The notes under the pieces: model-generated | Databases searched by the model: none | Seen by the model: the letters and a program-made list of their open reading frames with translations, nothing else | Told to the model about the DNA's origin: nothing | Part shown: in pieces, positions 12,000 through 24,797 of the stretch | Layout: each line of letters begins with the position of its first letter | Position numbering within the stretch: the first letter of the stretch is position 1 | Source: Cladosporium halotolerans | Taxonomy: Eukaryota | Direction: 5' to 3' | DNA length: 64,000 nucleotides | NCBI RefSeq assembly: GCF_011745625.1 | Contig: NW_027191464.1 | Location: 248,001-312,000, forward strand | Program-made: the position numbers and the translations under genes

Positions 12000-14887
12000 C
12001 TACCTGCTGCACCTGCTACTTACATTCTGCCCAGGCAGATACGTAGGCAAACAAGCCTGCAAGTCACGAAGTCTGGCACTGGAAGGCCTCAAGTTCCTAC
12101 ACCGACAACACCCCAGACGCCCGGCAAGCGCTTGAGCATTGATGCCTCAGGCTTGAGGACAGCTTCGCACAAACGCAGCAGCGCCACAGAGCAATGGTGA
12201 TATTGTGCAATTTCGGATGATCATCGTAGGTAGATCATCAGAATGTAACTGACCCCTCGCAGAAGGATACACCGACAGCTGTAATGAGTCTAGACAACAT
12301 CAGGGTCCAGCTTCGAACTCAGCGTCCCGCTTGTCGAATAGCCAATTGCGCCAAAAGTGTGAGAACCCACACTCAGTGACTTCTGGCTTGGTATATCATC
12401 TGACACCGCCTCCGCCGGACTCGAGCTCGAGCGTGGCTCGCGTGGTTGATGGTGGAACAGTCTCCGTTCCGGTGTGCCGCTTGGCAGATCCTGATTATTC
12501 TCCTACAAACGACATGTCCCCCTGCTGGTATACGGGGTAAACGTCGGTCTCGCGTCAACAAAGTGAGACTCCCGGCAGCTCCGCGAAGTGACATCTCCAC
12601 GGCTCAGCGTATTATTGCCGAGGGACGAAAAAGCTTTCTAGGGCATAATGGCATATACAAGTGAGCCCTCATATCTTGCCCAGAGGATCACCATGTGCTT
12701 GACCTTTGATGGGGCAGCGCACGAGGCGTAGGCGAGTACTCCGCTTGGCAATCTTCAGTGGGTGTGGTTGAGTACAAGGCAAAATTCAGTGTGGCTTGAT
12801 CGCCTAGTCATGTCCTCTTGGACTGAGAGGCTGTGCTAGCTCGGCAGGTGAATTGCGCTCGAAAGGGCAGGTCGTGAACGGGCCGGCCAAGTGCCAAGGC
12901 AAGTGTGGCGGTGGGTTGAGACCCGCGCGCCTGCAGTGACATCTCGAGGCATGAGCGCCGGGAAGCTGATGTTCGCGTGGTGTTCTAGCGCGATGTGGCT
13001 TGCATGGACGGGGCCGCAACCTTCCATGGCTTCCACCGTAGGATTACAGTCAGCCGACTCCCGATCCGTGCAGGGCACTGAGTTTAGCCCCAACAGAGAT
13101 TGATTGAAGGCCTCCTTCCCTTCTGGGCATGCGAACCGATGAGAGGGGCTCTGCAGTCCGGGGAGTGGACTCGGTACAGCAATATATGTCACTGGCACCT
13201 GCGAAGCCGAAGATGTGATCGGAGCAAGCATCCACATGGGTCGTAGGATGCTGTTGAACAAAGGCTTGCAAAAGAATGAAGCTTAAACGCTGCAGCCCTA
13301 CCAGCCTAAGGAGGCCCGATGGAACGGCACTGTGGGGATTCTAGAGCAGCCGATGAAAGCAAGCTTTCGCTCGACATCAGAGTGACGATGATCCGCCGGG
13401 AATGTGCTCGGCTTGAATCTCGAGAGCCGAGCGCCGGAGCGACGAAGTCGTGGAGCGACTCGGAACAGACGATATGTCGGGTATCTGGAATTCATTATGT
13501 CGTGATTGTTTAGTCACCCCGTTTTTCCCAATGGAAGAACCCCGACTCTAACGTGGGCGATGCATATAGTACCGGCGTACCATTTCAGCTGATCCGACCC
13601 AAGCTCGTACTGTTCGTATTACAAAACACATGTATGCAGGCCCCGGGGATGGGCGCTTTCGCCGACAGTCGATTAGGGCTTGGTATTAGCACCTGGACTT
13701 CGAGCTCGCAGTGAACTCCGGCTATACTTGCAAGTGCGCACTGCTCAACCGCACGGCACGCTGTGAGGGCTCTCACTACTCGACCTCGGCAGTCTGAGCG
13801 GTGGCCAGCTAGTGGTCTTCCTCCCTAGGGGCAATCATCTTGACTCTGCTTACTTCCAGTAGCGACGCCTCCTCGACAGGACTGGCGCCGATCAGAGTTT
13901 AGCGGACAACGTCGTGGTTATCATGCCCTCGCCGAAATGCCATGGAGGCTGGCGGTAACTCAGTTGACTCCGCAAGAACGGCAAGCAACTCGCGAATGAC
14001 GTAGGGGGAGGCATGAGGTGCATTCAAGCATCTCAACTTTGAGCTCGGCTACTTCGGCATCCGATGTGGCTGTGCCCCCCAGTCGAAGAACAACTGTCCG
14101 CTGCTGGCTCAAGCGAGACCATGCCGGCAACCGAGTACCCTAGCCCGTCCACAAAAAAAATCGTCCACCGGCTTCTGATGTGCAAGGATGCAAAGACATC
14201 ACCGCATAATTCACGCGGGGCGTGTCATTCTCGGTGGAAGGGTCGTAACGGTCTGAGCCGGAGTTGAGTGGGCCAAGGCCAAGGCATCAAGTGCAACGGT
14301 CCCAACTTGATCGCCAACGTTACCGCAAAGAGCGCCAGTGGCCCGCATCCGCAGAGCCTATCGCTGTCGTGACGAGCCCTTTGCCGTCTCAACCGAGCCG
14401 TCCACCAGGCACGACGGCGTCTCAGGGTCCGGTGTGCTTGCCGCCACGATCTGCGCCCACATCGCATACCGACCCGAAGGTCTGAGGCTCGCAGCCACAA
14501 CCAATGCGAGCGCCAAGTTGGACTCCGGAGACCCATTGTATAGGCGCCAAGCGCTATGCCGGTGCATTTGAAATGCGGCACCCTGCTCCAGCGTTATGGC
14601 ACCGCAAACCCCGTACGGCTCTTGGCGGACCATTGCAGACTGTCGAGAGAAGGGAATGGACCGATGGCCAGAGAAAGCGTCTTAGAAATGCGGGATCGAG
14701 GGGACTCAATCTCACCCGAGAGCTTGCACAAAACTGAGTTGGAGCGCTGTGGCTGCCATCAATACTTTCCTCATAGCCTTTCTAAGCTGTGACCCCCCGC
14801 CGCTCGCTAGGTCTCTGATTGACTGTTCTCTTCCCACGCCCGCGGCGCAGGCTACAGTGCATTCGTCTAGTCACACACATACCTGGC

Positions 14888-17351
14888 ATGCCTCCCCGCC
14901 CTATAAGACCCAAGGACGAGGTCAGCATGATCGATGGCGTCGATTCCCCCGCTGAGAACAAGTCTGCAAAACGCCGTGCCGTTTCCTCTGCTTGCATTCC
15001 ATGCAGAAAGCGCAAATCGAAAGTTGGTTCACACCCCCCTCCGAATTCAAGCACAACGCTAAACTCTCGCAGTGTGACGGCGGCACGCCATCATGTTCCA
15101 CGTGCACAGCGGTGTACAGGACAGAATGCTTTTACGACCAAGACAGCGATCATCGCCGAAAAGGTGCACTGAAGCGTGATATTCAGTCATTACAACAACG
15201 AAACGATGCTCTGGATGTAATCGTCGCCTCTCTCCGCGCACTTCCGGAATCTGACTCTATCAACTTACTACACAGCCTTCGCAGCGACGATAACAATGAG
15301 GGCATCGCAGAATCATTACAGACCAATGTTCGCCTACCGCATAGCTTCGGACCCCAAACACTTGAATCCGAGTTTGTGCAGCATATGACACATCCTTCGC
15401 CAGCAAGGGCACAATCCGACGGTGCTTCGAGCGACTCGACATTTTCACCGCCTCACTTGAGACCGACTCATGAAGACCATCCGACGGGCGGCGGCATTCT
15501 CTACCAAAACCCAAGCCTCTGGTTCAGGTCCCCCCAAGACCCCGAGTTTATCGAGCATTTATTTGAGCTTTACTTCACATGGGTTCATCCGTTCTATCAA
15601 CCGTTCTCCCAGGATCGGTTCCTTGGCGACTTCAAGCGCGGCGAGACTGGACACTGCAGCGCTTTACTTGTGAACGCTATTGCGGCATTTGCATGTCATT
15701 ATTCTGATCGAACCGCTGCGCGCGCTGATCCGGATGACCCGCAGAGTGCGGGAGACCAATTTTTTGCGGAGGCCAAAAGGCTGCTGGACATGGACGAGAA
15801 GCCGTCATTGACAATGGTGCAAGCACTAGGCATCATGAGCTGGCGCGAAACATCCCACGGCCGAGACAGCAATGGCTACCAATATACAGGCAGATGCTTG
15901 CGTGTGGCGTTGGAGATGGGACTGCACCTATCAGTCATGAGCAGCAGCTTGCGCCCAGCCGAGTTTGAGGCACGGAAAATCACATTCTGGGGCGTTTTTA
16001 ACATCGAGACGTAAGTTGTATTCTACGGGGCTTACTATCCGGCCATTTACTGATCTTCAACAGAATCTGTTCCGTTGGCCTTGGGCGCCTGTCGCAGATG
16101 CCGCGTGCAGCCGCCGATATAGCGAAACCTACCGTGAGCGAGCGGACGGAGATGCAGCCCTGGAGGCCGTATCAAGACACTAACATGACCATTAGCCCTG
16201 CTTCAGAGCAGCCTGGCCGCTACATGAGTTTCACGCATTGTCTTAGCGATCTCTCCGAAATCGCCAGCGACATGGTTAACACGTTTTACGCTCCTCGAGA
16301 ACGGTTCACCAGCCGAAGATTGTCAACTACTTACGAGGCTTATCAGGAGTGGTTCAGGAAGTTGCCGCAGCATTTTCGACTTGAGCAGACCTCTCTGCCG
16401 CATGTCATTGTTCTGCATATGTATTACTATGCTTCCGTCCTGCAGTAAGTCAGAGAACTCCTCAGAGGCAGTAACATACTGACCATATCCTCCAGTCTGT
16501 TCCGCCCTTACATCAAGCTCGATCTCCAAGGAGCGAATCTGTACCCACTGGATACTTGCACGTTCTGTGCAAACGAAATCTCTGGATTGATGAATGCGCT
16601 GCGTGCAATGTACGGTCTCCGACGCGTTTGCCTACCACTCACAGGTCTTCTACTTTCAGCAAGCACAATCCACTTACTCAACCTGCCATCTGAGGCGTCC
16701 GGGCGACACCTTAGTCAAGCGATGCATGACTTGCAGGCCATGTCAGCAAACCACGTCTTCGCTGGTCGATGTGTGGACATCATCCGCTCGCTTGCAGCCA
16801 AATGGCAGATCGCACTGCCCCAAGATGCCCCAGCCGTCTCCTTTCCTCGACGGAGTGGGCGTGCCTCGGGCTCCCCTAAGTCCGCTTTCTATTCCGCTTC
16901 TATTCCGCGTCAGAACTCCTCGCAATCGGGCAATCGCTCCGGCGAGTCCCAAGAGTCTCTACCCAGTTCGCATGGCCAACACGACTCGCCATTCGCACCC
17001 CCTGCACCATCTTCACAGCCTTCGAGCGCGGGTACTGCTCAAGACTATTACGGTCAACATTTCCCTTCGATGGATGAGGTGTCGATGCAGCCATCATATT
17101 GGCTTCCGTTCCCTGTTCAGAGCATGCCTAACAACCACTTGACGGACGTACAGGCACCAGGTGCTTTCGGATTTTCAGATGTGCCTTCGGAGTCGCATTG
17201 GCAGCAGCAGTTCACTCTCCCGTCTCACAGTCCCGCGATGCAGCAGCAACTACACCCCCACCACCAGCAGTTCCTCCCACGACAGCATCCCCCGCCTACG
17301 AGGAGTGAAGACCATATAGGTCAGACGTTCGGCAATTGGCATTGGCAATGA
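14888..17351 (+). CDS. Zn(II)2Cys6 transcription factor with fungal-specific TF domain (NirA/NIT-4-like family); exons 14888-15022, 15073-16010, 16064-16444, 16496-17351
   Basis: ACIPCRKRKSK-CDGGTPSCSTCTAVYRTEC after splicing; YFTWVHPFY, ALEMGLH, RKITFWG, HLFRPY; three GT-AG introns of 50-53 nt. Confidence 0.93.
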
Positions 17352-18162
17352 AATCTTTCTTCGATTTTTCAACTTTTCGCATTTTGAGCACAGCATCATG
17401 AAAGAGTCAAAAAGTTCGGCATTTATGTACAAGTAATGTCTACATAGTACGGGAGACGCTATGCCTGGATGCAAAGCTCGCGCAATGATACCCGATTTTC
17501 CATTACATCGTACAGACCGCTCGTATCAGTTGAAGCGGATGCGGACCTCACTGGATGGTAATATTGCTTTCGTCCACACAATGCGGCACTCATGCCGGCA
17601 TGATCATGTGATGTCACGTGATCGTCCAACACATTGACGAGCGATGACGGAACGCCCGGAAGTTTTGTAAGCCATATGCATGAGATTTGAGATTCTGGTG
17701 TTCGGAGTAGTAATACAATCTGAGGGCAATAAGCAATCGTTAATTCTAGAAGATAGTTGCAATCACGACTTCGCATCGATGTGTACATTGTGTCTATCGC
17801 AGAAGTGTAATTAGCATAAGGCAGATAAGATAACCTGTGATCGCATCTATACCACATTGCCAGGCGAAGAATTGCCGATCCATCTCGTCATCTCGAAGCT
17901 TACCTAACGCGCAACCCAACCTGAGCCGCATGCACATCTGCACGTAATTGAAATCCTCCCCTCGTTCAAAGCGGTGTTGTTGCCTTTTCAAAAGCAACAC
18001 CCCGCGCCCCTCATCAACACCGGCAAGCTGTCTCCCCTCCGCCTCTTCAACGCCTCCGCGCGCACGACGTTCAGGACGGCAAACATTACTCCCACCTCCA
18101 CCGGAAACCCCTCCCAGCGCCTCGGCTCCTTCGCTCGCCAATTCTCCCACGCCTCCGCTATC

Positions 18163-19560
18163 ATGGCTCCTATCCAGAAAGAGGCCGACTACCTGGTCAT
18201 CGGCGGCGGTTCAGGCGGTCTCGCCAGCGCCAGGAAGGCCAGCGGCGCATACGGCGCCAAGGTCATCGCAGTTGAGAACAAGAGGCTCGGCGGCACCTGC
18301 GTGAACGTGGGCTGCGTGCCGAAGAAGGTGACGTGGAATGCTGCGGCGATCGCGGAGACAATCCACGACAGTAAGGCGTACGGCTTCAGCGTGCAGCAGA
18401 CGGCGCCCTTCGACTGGACGACCTTCAAGCACAAGCGCGACGCCTACGTCAAGCGCCTCAACGGCATCTACGAGAAGAACCTGGGCAACGACAAGGTCGA
18501 GTACCTGCACGGCACGGCCTCCTTCGTCGACCCGCACACCGTCAAGGTCGTGCTCGACGACAACACCGAGGTCAGCGTCAAGGCGAAGAACGTGCTTGTC
18601 GCCGTCGGCGGCAAGCCCAATATCCCTTCGATCGAGGGCGCCGAGCTCGGCATCACGTCGGATGGCTTCTTCGACCTCGAGACGCAGCCGAAGAAGGTCG
18701 CCGTCGTCGGCGCGGGCTACATCGCCGTCGAGATGGCCGGCATGTTCCACGCGCTGGGCACGGAGACGCATCTGTTCATCCGCCAGGACAAGTTCCTGCG
18801 CACCTTCGACCCGATGATCCAGGACAAAGTGACGGCCGAGTACGAGCGCCAGGGCCTGCACCTGCACAAGCGATCCTCGCAGAGCAAGATTGAGGACCTG
18901 GGCAACGGGCAGAAGAGGCTGCACTACAAGGACGCGGACGGCGAGGGCACACTCGATGTCGATACCGTGCTGTGGGCCATCGGCCGCTCGCCTGAGCTCG
19001 ACAAGCTCAACCTGCCCGCCAGCGGCGTCAGCACCAACGACAAGGGCCACATCCCCGTCGACAAGTTCCAGAACACGAACGTGCCGTCCATCTACGCGCT
19101 CGGCGACGTCTGCGACAAGGGCTTCGAGCTGACGCCCGTGGCCATCGCGGCGGGCCGCAAGCTGTCCGACCGCGTCTTCGGCGGCCACAAGGATGCGCAC
19201 CTGGAGTACGAGAACATCCCGTCCGTCGTCTTCGCGCACCCGGAAGTCGGCAGCATCGGCATGACGGAACCCGAGGCCGTCGAGGCGTACGGCAAGGAGA
19301 ACATCAAGATCTACTCGACCAACTTCACCGCCATGTACTTCGCCATGATGGAGCCCGAGGACAAGCAGCCGACTTCGTACAAGCTGGTGTGCGCCGGCAA
19401 GGAGGAGAAGGTGGTCGGCCTGCACATCATGGGTGCCGGTTCGGCCGAGATGCTGCAGGGCTTCGGCGTTGCGGTCAGGATGGGCGCCACCAAGGCTGAC
19501 TTTGACCGCTGCGTTGCGATCCACCCTGTCAGTGCGGAGGAGCTTGTTACGCTGAAGTAG
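18163..19560 (+). CDS. GLR1: Glutathione reductase (FAD-dependent disulfide reductase), single exon; a possible non-AUG N-terminal extension reaches at least 17974
   Basis: GGGSGG FAD motif, redox-active [22 protein letters not shown]-terminal AIHPVSAEE. Confidence 0.97.
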   Translation: MAPIQKEADYLVIGGGSGGLASARKASGAYGAKVIAVENKRLGGTCVNVGCVPKKVTWNAAAIAETIHDSKAYGFSVQQTAPFDWTTFKHKRDAYVKRLNGIYEKNLGNDKVEYLHGTASFVDPHTVKVVLDDNTEVSVKAKNVLVAVGGKPNIPSIEGAELGITSDGFFDLETQPKKVAVVGAGYIAVEMAGMFHALGTETHLFIRQDKFLRTFDPMIQDKVTAEYERQGLHLHKRSSQSKIEDLGNGQKRLHYKDADGEGTLDVDTVLWAIGRSPELDKLNLPASGVSTNDKGHIPVDKFQNTNVPSIYALGDVCDKGFELTPVAIAAGRKLSDRVFGGHKDAHLEYENIPSVVFAHPEVGSIGMTEPEAVEAYGKENIKIYSTNFTAMYFAMMEPEDKQPTSYKLVCAGKEEKVVGLHIMGAGSAEMLQGFGVAVRMGATKADFDRCVAIHPVSAEELVTLK

Positions 19561-19735
19561 AGGGTTGCTAAGGTTGTAATGATATTCGTATAAGATACAG
19601 GTAAATTGAATCTCAGCACGATTTCCAGACAGTTTGCTCGAGGTGATATTCCTACGTGAAAGTGAAGTGAAGAAACTTCCAGCTTTGAACTGCTGGCTTA
19701 CTCTCGATGACGATTGGTTTCCTACCTTCAGCGCC

Positions 19736-22341
19736 CTATCTACCAAAATTCACACCTCGACTTGGGTCCCACCGCCCATCAACAGCACCACCCTGCCTCG
19801 CACCTTGACTGGCTTGCTGTGGCGGCGCGCCACCAGACGCCCCAGCACCACCCGGCGCGCCGAAAACAATCGGCATACCCTCCTGCCATGTCTGCACCGC
19901 GGGGCTCTTAACGGCAGCCACGGGCGGGGGCTGCGCCTGCGGCCGCTGCGGCATGGGAGCCGGCATGGGCTCCTGGCCTGCAGTCCTCGCAGGCGACGAA
20001 GCATGCTGCTCCTGCGCGGCCTTCTGCTGCCTCAAGCTGGTCTGGTTAGACTGCTGGATGCGCAGGCCGGCCATGGCGTCGGCCAAGTCGGCCTCGAGGC
20101 CCTGCGCCTCGGAGCGACGGGCGTAGACGAAGTTGCGGCACTCGTCGCGGAAGCGCGTGGTGATGGCGGCCAGGTCGTTCCAGAACTTGCGGCCGGTGTC
20201 AAGGTTGCGCAGGATCTCCTTGTACGCCGTGTAGGCGTTCTCGAGGTTCTGCAGGGCGGTTTCGCGCTCTTTCGAGGACGTGTCGCCGCGCTTGGCGGAT
20301 TGGAAGGAGTTGTTGGCCTCGCGGACGCGCGCGAGCAGCCGGTCTTGCTCGGCGCCTTCTTTGCGCACGTCGGCTTCGTCGACGTCGTACTTGTGCAGGC
20401 GCTCGTCGAAAAAGGTCTCGAATTGGGAGGCTACCAGGGGCTGCATGGGTAGCTCGCGCTCGAGTCTGGCTGCTTCGCGCAGGAGCTCGGGGTTGACGTC
20501 GTCTTCTTTGGCTTTCATGCGCAGAGTCTCCACTTTCTTCCTTCTTCGGCTCTCGAGCCTGTTGACTTCGTTAAGGGTTGCCCGCAATGTGTTGACCTCC
20601 CGCTCGACCTTGGCCGTGATCGTTGCTCTTCGACTCGACGGCACGTAATCTTCCAGATCCCGATCCGTGCCACCAAGTAGTCTAATCAGACTTTCGTTCT
20701 CCCGCAATCGATTCTGCACCAGGCGGTCGCTATTCTCTGCTTGCTTGAGGTATCCCTCGATATCGTTGACCTGACCGTACAGCTTTGGCACGGCGTCTGG
20801 CCCTGCTGGTCTACTCCACCTATCGGTGCCAAATTTGCGGCGTGCCGCTTCATCCTCACCAGCTTCCTGACGGAGGAGATCCACACCTTCCTGGTACAGC
20901 TGACGGTTGTTGTTCTTAAGCTTCTCCGTATCAGATATGGTACCATGGAGTCTGTGTACTCCATTTGCCTGCCGGATCTCTTCCGCGTGGGAAGCGACGC
21001 TTGGTGGCAGTCCGAGGGGCTTCTCCAGTGCCTGTAATGAGCCAGGAAGCTGCAGGCTGGACAGTAGCTCATGGACTTTCTGAGTAAGCATTTCGAGCTC
21101 TGCGATGATATTGTTATTGACCAGCCTGTCCCTTCGGTCGACGTAGATGGACGCGGCGACGTGTACACTATACGGGACAAGCTTTGCGAAAAGCGGCTTG
21201 CCCAACTCGCCGTGGTCCCCTAACATCTCTTGCGAATGGCTGACCTCTTTTGGTACTCGCGAAGCAACCATACTCGCCCTGTCCAGAGGTCGCAACTCGG
21301 ACTTTGGAGGCTCCGGCATGAGGTAGATGGTGTCATTGTCCTTTTCCGATCGCTTCAAGTCCTCCGTCACTCTTGTCTTCAGCCCATTCAGATCGCCCAG
21401 CACCGATCTATTGATGTACCTGCTCTCTTTCAGGGCTTCATTCACACAGTTCATGCTGTCTCGCAGACGAGCAACCTCCTCGCCATACTTTCTTTTCTCC
21501 AGACAGTCGCACGCAGCACGATACTGCGCAGCGGCAGCGAAGTGGTGATGCTTCGCGTTGGCATGGTGTATCCACTCCGAGCTCACGCTGTCACTTTTGA
21601 GCGCCCAGTCGCCAGCATCGGAGTATAGATCGCTGACTTTCGCGGCGAGCTTCGCGATCGAGGCATCTTTCAGCCCGTCCTTGACTGCCTTTTGCCAGAA
21701 ACACTCCTGCGCTTGCGCCAGCATCAAAGCCTCAACGCTCTCCAGTGTCGATGCATCCATATCTTCTGGCGGGTTGCTCCTCAGCTCAGGAATGATGTCC
21801 GTCTTCAGATAGCTAAGGACGCCTGCCGAGTGGCAGAAATTCGACGCAGCTGTCTTCAAGCCTTCTGAAGTCGCTCTGTTGGATGCTAGAGCGATCTGCG
21901 AATACATGGCGGCGAGGTTGAAAAGAACGTTGGCGAGTTCGAAGCGGAGGTTGTTTTCGGTGTGAGCATGGGTTGTGTGGTAGCCTAGGGCTGGATACCA
22001 TGTGAAGTCTGCACCGATCTACTTCATGGATGACTCTTGGTCAGTGAGGATGCTCTCCTAGTGTCTCTCCCTTGTGTTTTGCAACCTACATCAACCGGGA
22101 ACTTTCCTCCCATCCAGACGAGCTGGGCAGCATAGGCCTGCAGCTTCCGAATGCCACTCGCGTGTGGCTCGAGTGAGCTGACGGCATCCTTGCGCAGCTG
22201 GTCGATTATCTCCAGGTCTCGCGCAAAAGTGTCGGGGTGTTGATCGTATTTGGTGGAGATGTAGGCCTTGATCGCATCGGAGAGCAGCAAGTTGTGGGTG
22301 CGCCGGAAGGGAATGGGCAGGATGTTGCTGCTGCCGGACAT
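19736..22341 (-). CDS. palA: pH-response regulator PalA/Rim20 (BRO1 + ALIX V domain); exons 22341-22090, 22018-19736
   Basis: GGKFPVD-IGADFTWYPALGY across intron 22089-22019; FELANVLFNLAA, LMLAQAQECFWQKA, KDNDTIYL, LFAKLVP, GRKFWNDL; Pro/Gln-rich tail. Confidence 0.95.
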
Positions 22342-22947
22342 GATGCGAGGCTATGCCTGTCAGAACGACAGGATCACGCTCAGCAGAAAATACGAAACCT
22401 CCGTCCAAGAAGCTCTGTCGCGGCGGCAGAAACAAGAGCGCCGTGACCAAACACAGGCTTGGTGTGGTGTGAAGTCATCGCGGGGCGAGACCGCAGTGAG
22501 GCAGCCACAGGGCCACCGGCAGGCAAAGCCGCCGCGGACGCCACTCTCGTGCCCCGCCATCTCGCGCCATCCCGCCCAGCCCACGGCGAAACACGAGGCT
22601 TTGCCCAAACAAGCGAATACTTGCTCACTGGCAATTTGTACGCCGGCCGAGAGGCTGCGTCGCTAAGTCATGTCGCAGAGCCAGAGTGTAGGATATTAAC
22701 ACATAACATGCTCATAGCAGGGCCCTAGCACCGCTCGTCTGTCATCACGGTCCCTTTTGTCCCTGCCGATCATCAGCCAGAGCCGCTCCACTTCGCTTCG
22801 AACACCTCGCGTGAGATACATTACCAAGCACACCACCCTACCTTCACCGCCGTGACTGTCTCTTCGCTCTCTACTTTCCAAACTACAGCTCTTCTTGCGA
22901 AATCCGGCTGTCACCAACACATACGTTCACGAGTCACTACCAGCACA

Positions 22948-23246
22948 ATGGCCGAGCACAACTACAAGTTCAACATCACCATGACCTGCGGCGGCTGCTC
23001 CGGCGCCGTTGAGCGCGTGCTGAAGAAGCTTGAAGGTGAGTCTATGTTGTGCGCCAGAATCTAATCGTGGCAAGTCGCTGATCCTTCCTGCCAGGTGTCA
23101 AGTCCTTCGACGTCTCCCTCGAGTCCCAGACCGCCAACATCGTCACCGACGACAGCGTCGACTACGCCACCGTCCTGGAGAAGATTAAGAAGACCGGCAA
23201 GGCCGTGAACTCTGGCGAGGCGGACGGCGTCTCTCAGTCTGTGTAA
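22948..23246 (+). CDS. ATX1: Copper chaperone Atx1 (HMA domain), 79 aa; exons 22948-23035, 23095-23246
   Basis: [30 protein letters not shown]...KIKKTGK; intron GTGAGT...GCTGAT...CAG. Confidence 0.96.
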
Positions 23247-23420
23247 AATCGGTGCGCTGTCATCATGAAGGAGTTACAGGGAGTCTATACGGGCATGATA
23301 CGGGATACCGCTTTTGGCACTCGAATTTGTTTGAGCAAGGTGTTACCATGATAGATCGCAACAGGAATACCTACGAAGCAATTTCTACACAATTTGTTTT
23401 ATTCCATCTCAGGGACGCGC

Positions 23421-24797
23421 TCAGAATCTGGCCTCGACCTTGTCGTGCACATCTCCCAGCGCCCATTCGTTCCGCGCCCTCTTCGACCTGACAGCGTCCA
23501 CCTGCGCTCGGGTGAAGCCCTTCGCCTCGACAGCAGGGTTGTAACCCAGTCCGTTCCTCCTACCAACATCCGCGGAGCTAACAGGCTCACTCGCCTTACC
23601 GTCAGCTCGCTTGTAAACACTCACTACAACCGCGCCCCCCAGCCCAAGGTTGTGCTGCAGCGCCGCCGTAGTCCCCTTGACGAGTCTGTTGTTCGCCCAG
23701 CCACGCAAATGCCAGACCAGCTCTGCACACTGCGCGATACCACTCGCGCCGAGCGGGTGGCCTTTGCTGATCAAGCCGCCGGACGGGTTGACGACCATGC
23801 GGCCGCCGTAGGTGATGTCGCCGGCGCGCACCATCTCGTGCGCCTTGCCCTTCTCGCTCAGCCCCAGCGCGTCGATAACGATCATCTCGTTCGCACTGAA
23901 GCAGTCGTGCACCTCAGCAACCTTCACATCCTTCACATTAACCTGCGCCTCCGCCAGTGCAGCCTTCGCGGCCTGCTCGTTCATGCCGTATCCCATCAGA
24001 TCAATGGCCGACCGCGAGAAGACACTCTCCGTGTCGGTCGCCAGCACCTGACCAGCAATCAACACCGCCTGCTCCTTAAGATGCGGACGGGCGTCAAGGA
24101 ACTCCTGCGAAACGAGCACCGCCGCCGCTCCTCCATCGCTCGTAGGGCAGCACTGCAGCTTCGTCAGGGGCTCGTGGATCATCGGCGACTTCATCACCTG
24201 CTCAAGCGAGTACTCGTCCTGGAACTGCGAGTACGGGTTCCTCTTCGAATGCTCATGATTGACGCGCGCGATCTCCGCGAAATCCTCATTCCTCGCCCCG
24301 TACTTCTCCATGTACTCCCTGCCCGCGTTGCCAAACATCTGCGCCGCGCCCGGCGCGTTCGTGACGCCCCGCGTAGCCTTCATCATCTCGCCAAAGGTCC
24401 CCGTCGGGTTCGCGCGGTCCTGGAAGTACGACTGCAGGCTGCCGGGGTTCATCTTCTCGAAGCCGACGACGAGGACGGCGTCCGCCTGGCCGCCGGCGAT
24501 CATGTTGCGGCCGAGGTAGAGGCCCGTGCTGCCCGTCGAGCAGTTGTTGTTGACGTTCCAGATCGGGATGCTGGTCTGCCCGAACTGGTAGAAGACGCGC
24601 TGGCCGCAGGTGCTGTCGCCGTAGCAGTAGCAGGCGACGCCCATGTCCATGTCGTCGTAGTTGACTTGCGCGTCGAGCATCGCTTTGACGCCCGCTTCGA
24701 AGCCCAGCTCCGTGTAGTCGACTTTGCCGCGCGGTTTGATGAATTTGGTCATGCCGACGCCGAGGACGTAGACGGGGGCTTTTTGTTTGGGGGCCAT
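23421..24797 (-). CDS. SCP-x type thiolase (non-specific lipid-transfer protein/sterol carrier thiolase), 458 aa
   Basis: VLGVGMTKF, NVNNNCSTGSTG, CCPTSDGGAA, EVHDCF, NPSGGLISKGHPLGASG, LQHNLGLGG. Confidence 0.95.
   Translation of the reverse strand: MAPKQKAPVYVLGVGMTKFIKPRGKVDYTELGFEAGVKAMLDAQVNYDDMDMGVACYCYGDSTCGQRVFYQFGQTSIPIWNVNNNCSTGSTGLYLGRNMIAGGQADAVLVVGFEKMNPGSLQSYFQDRANPTGTFGEMMKATRGVTNAPGAAQMFGNAGREYMEKYGARNEDFAEIARVNHEHSKRNPYSQFQDEYSLEQVMKSPMIHEPLTKLQCCPTSDGGAAAVLVSQEFLDARPHLKEQAVLIAGQVLATDTESVFSRSAIDLMGYGMNEQAAKAALAEAQVNVKDVKVAEVHDCFSANEMIVIDALGLSEKGKAHEMVRAGDITYGGRMVVNPSGGLISKGHPLGASGIAQCAELVWHLRGWANNRLVKGTTAALQHNLGLGGAVVVSVYKRADGKASEPVSSADVGRRNGLGYNPAVEAKGFTRAQVDAVRSKRARNEWALGDVHDKVEARF

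Noticed and set aside
17600..17840. GATA pair (GATAAGATAA) and CACGTG E-box upstream of GLR1
   Set aside because: Short motifs expected by chance; no canonical Yap1/AP-1 site seen, and no conservation data available.
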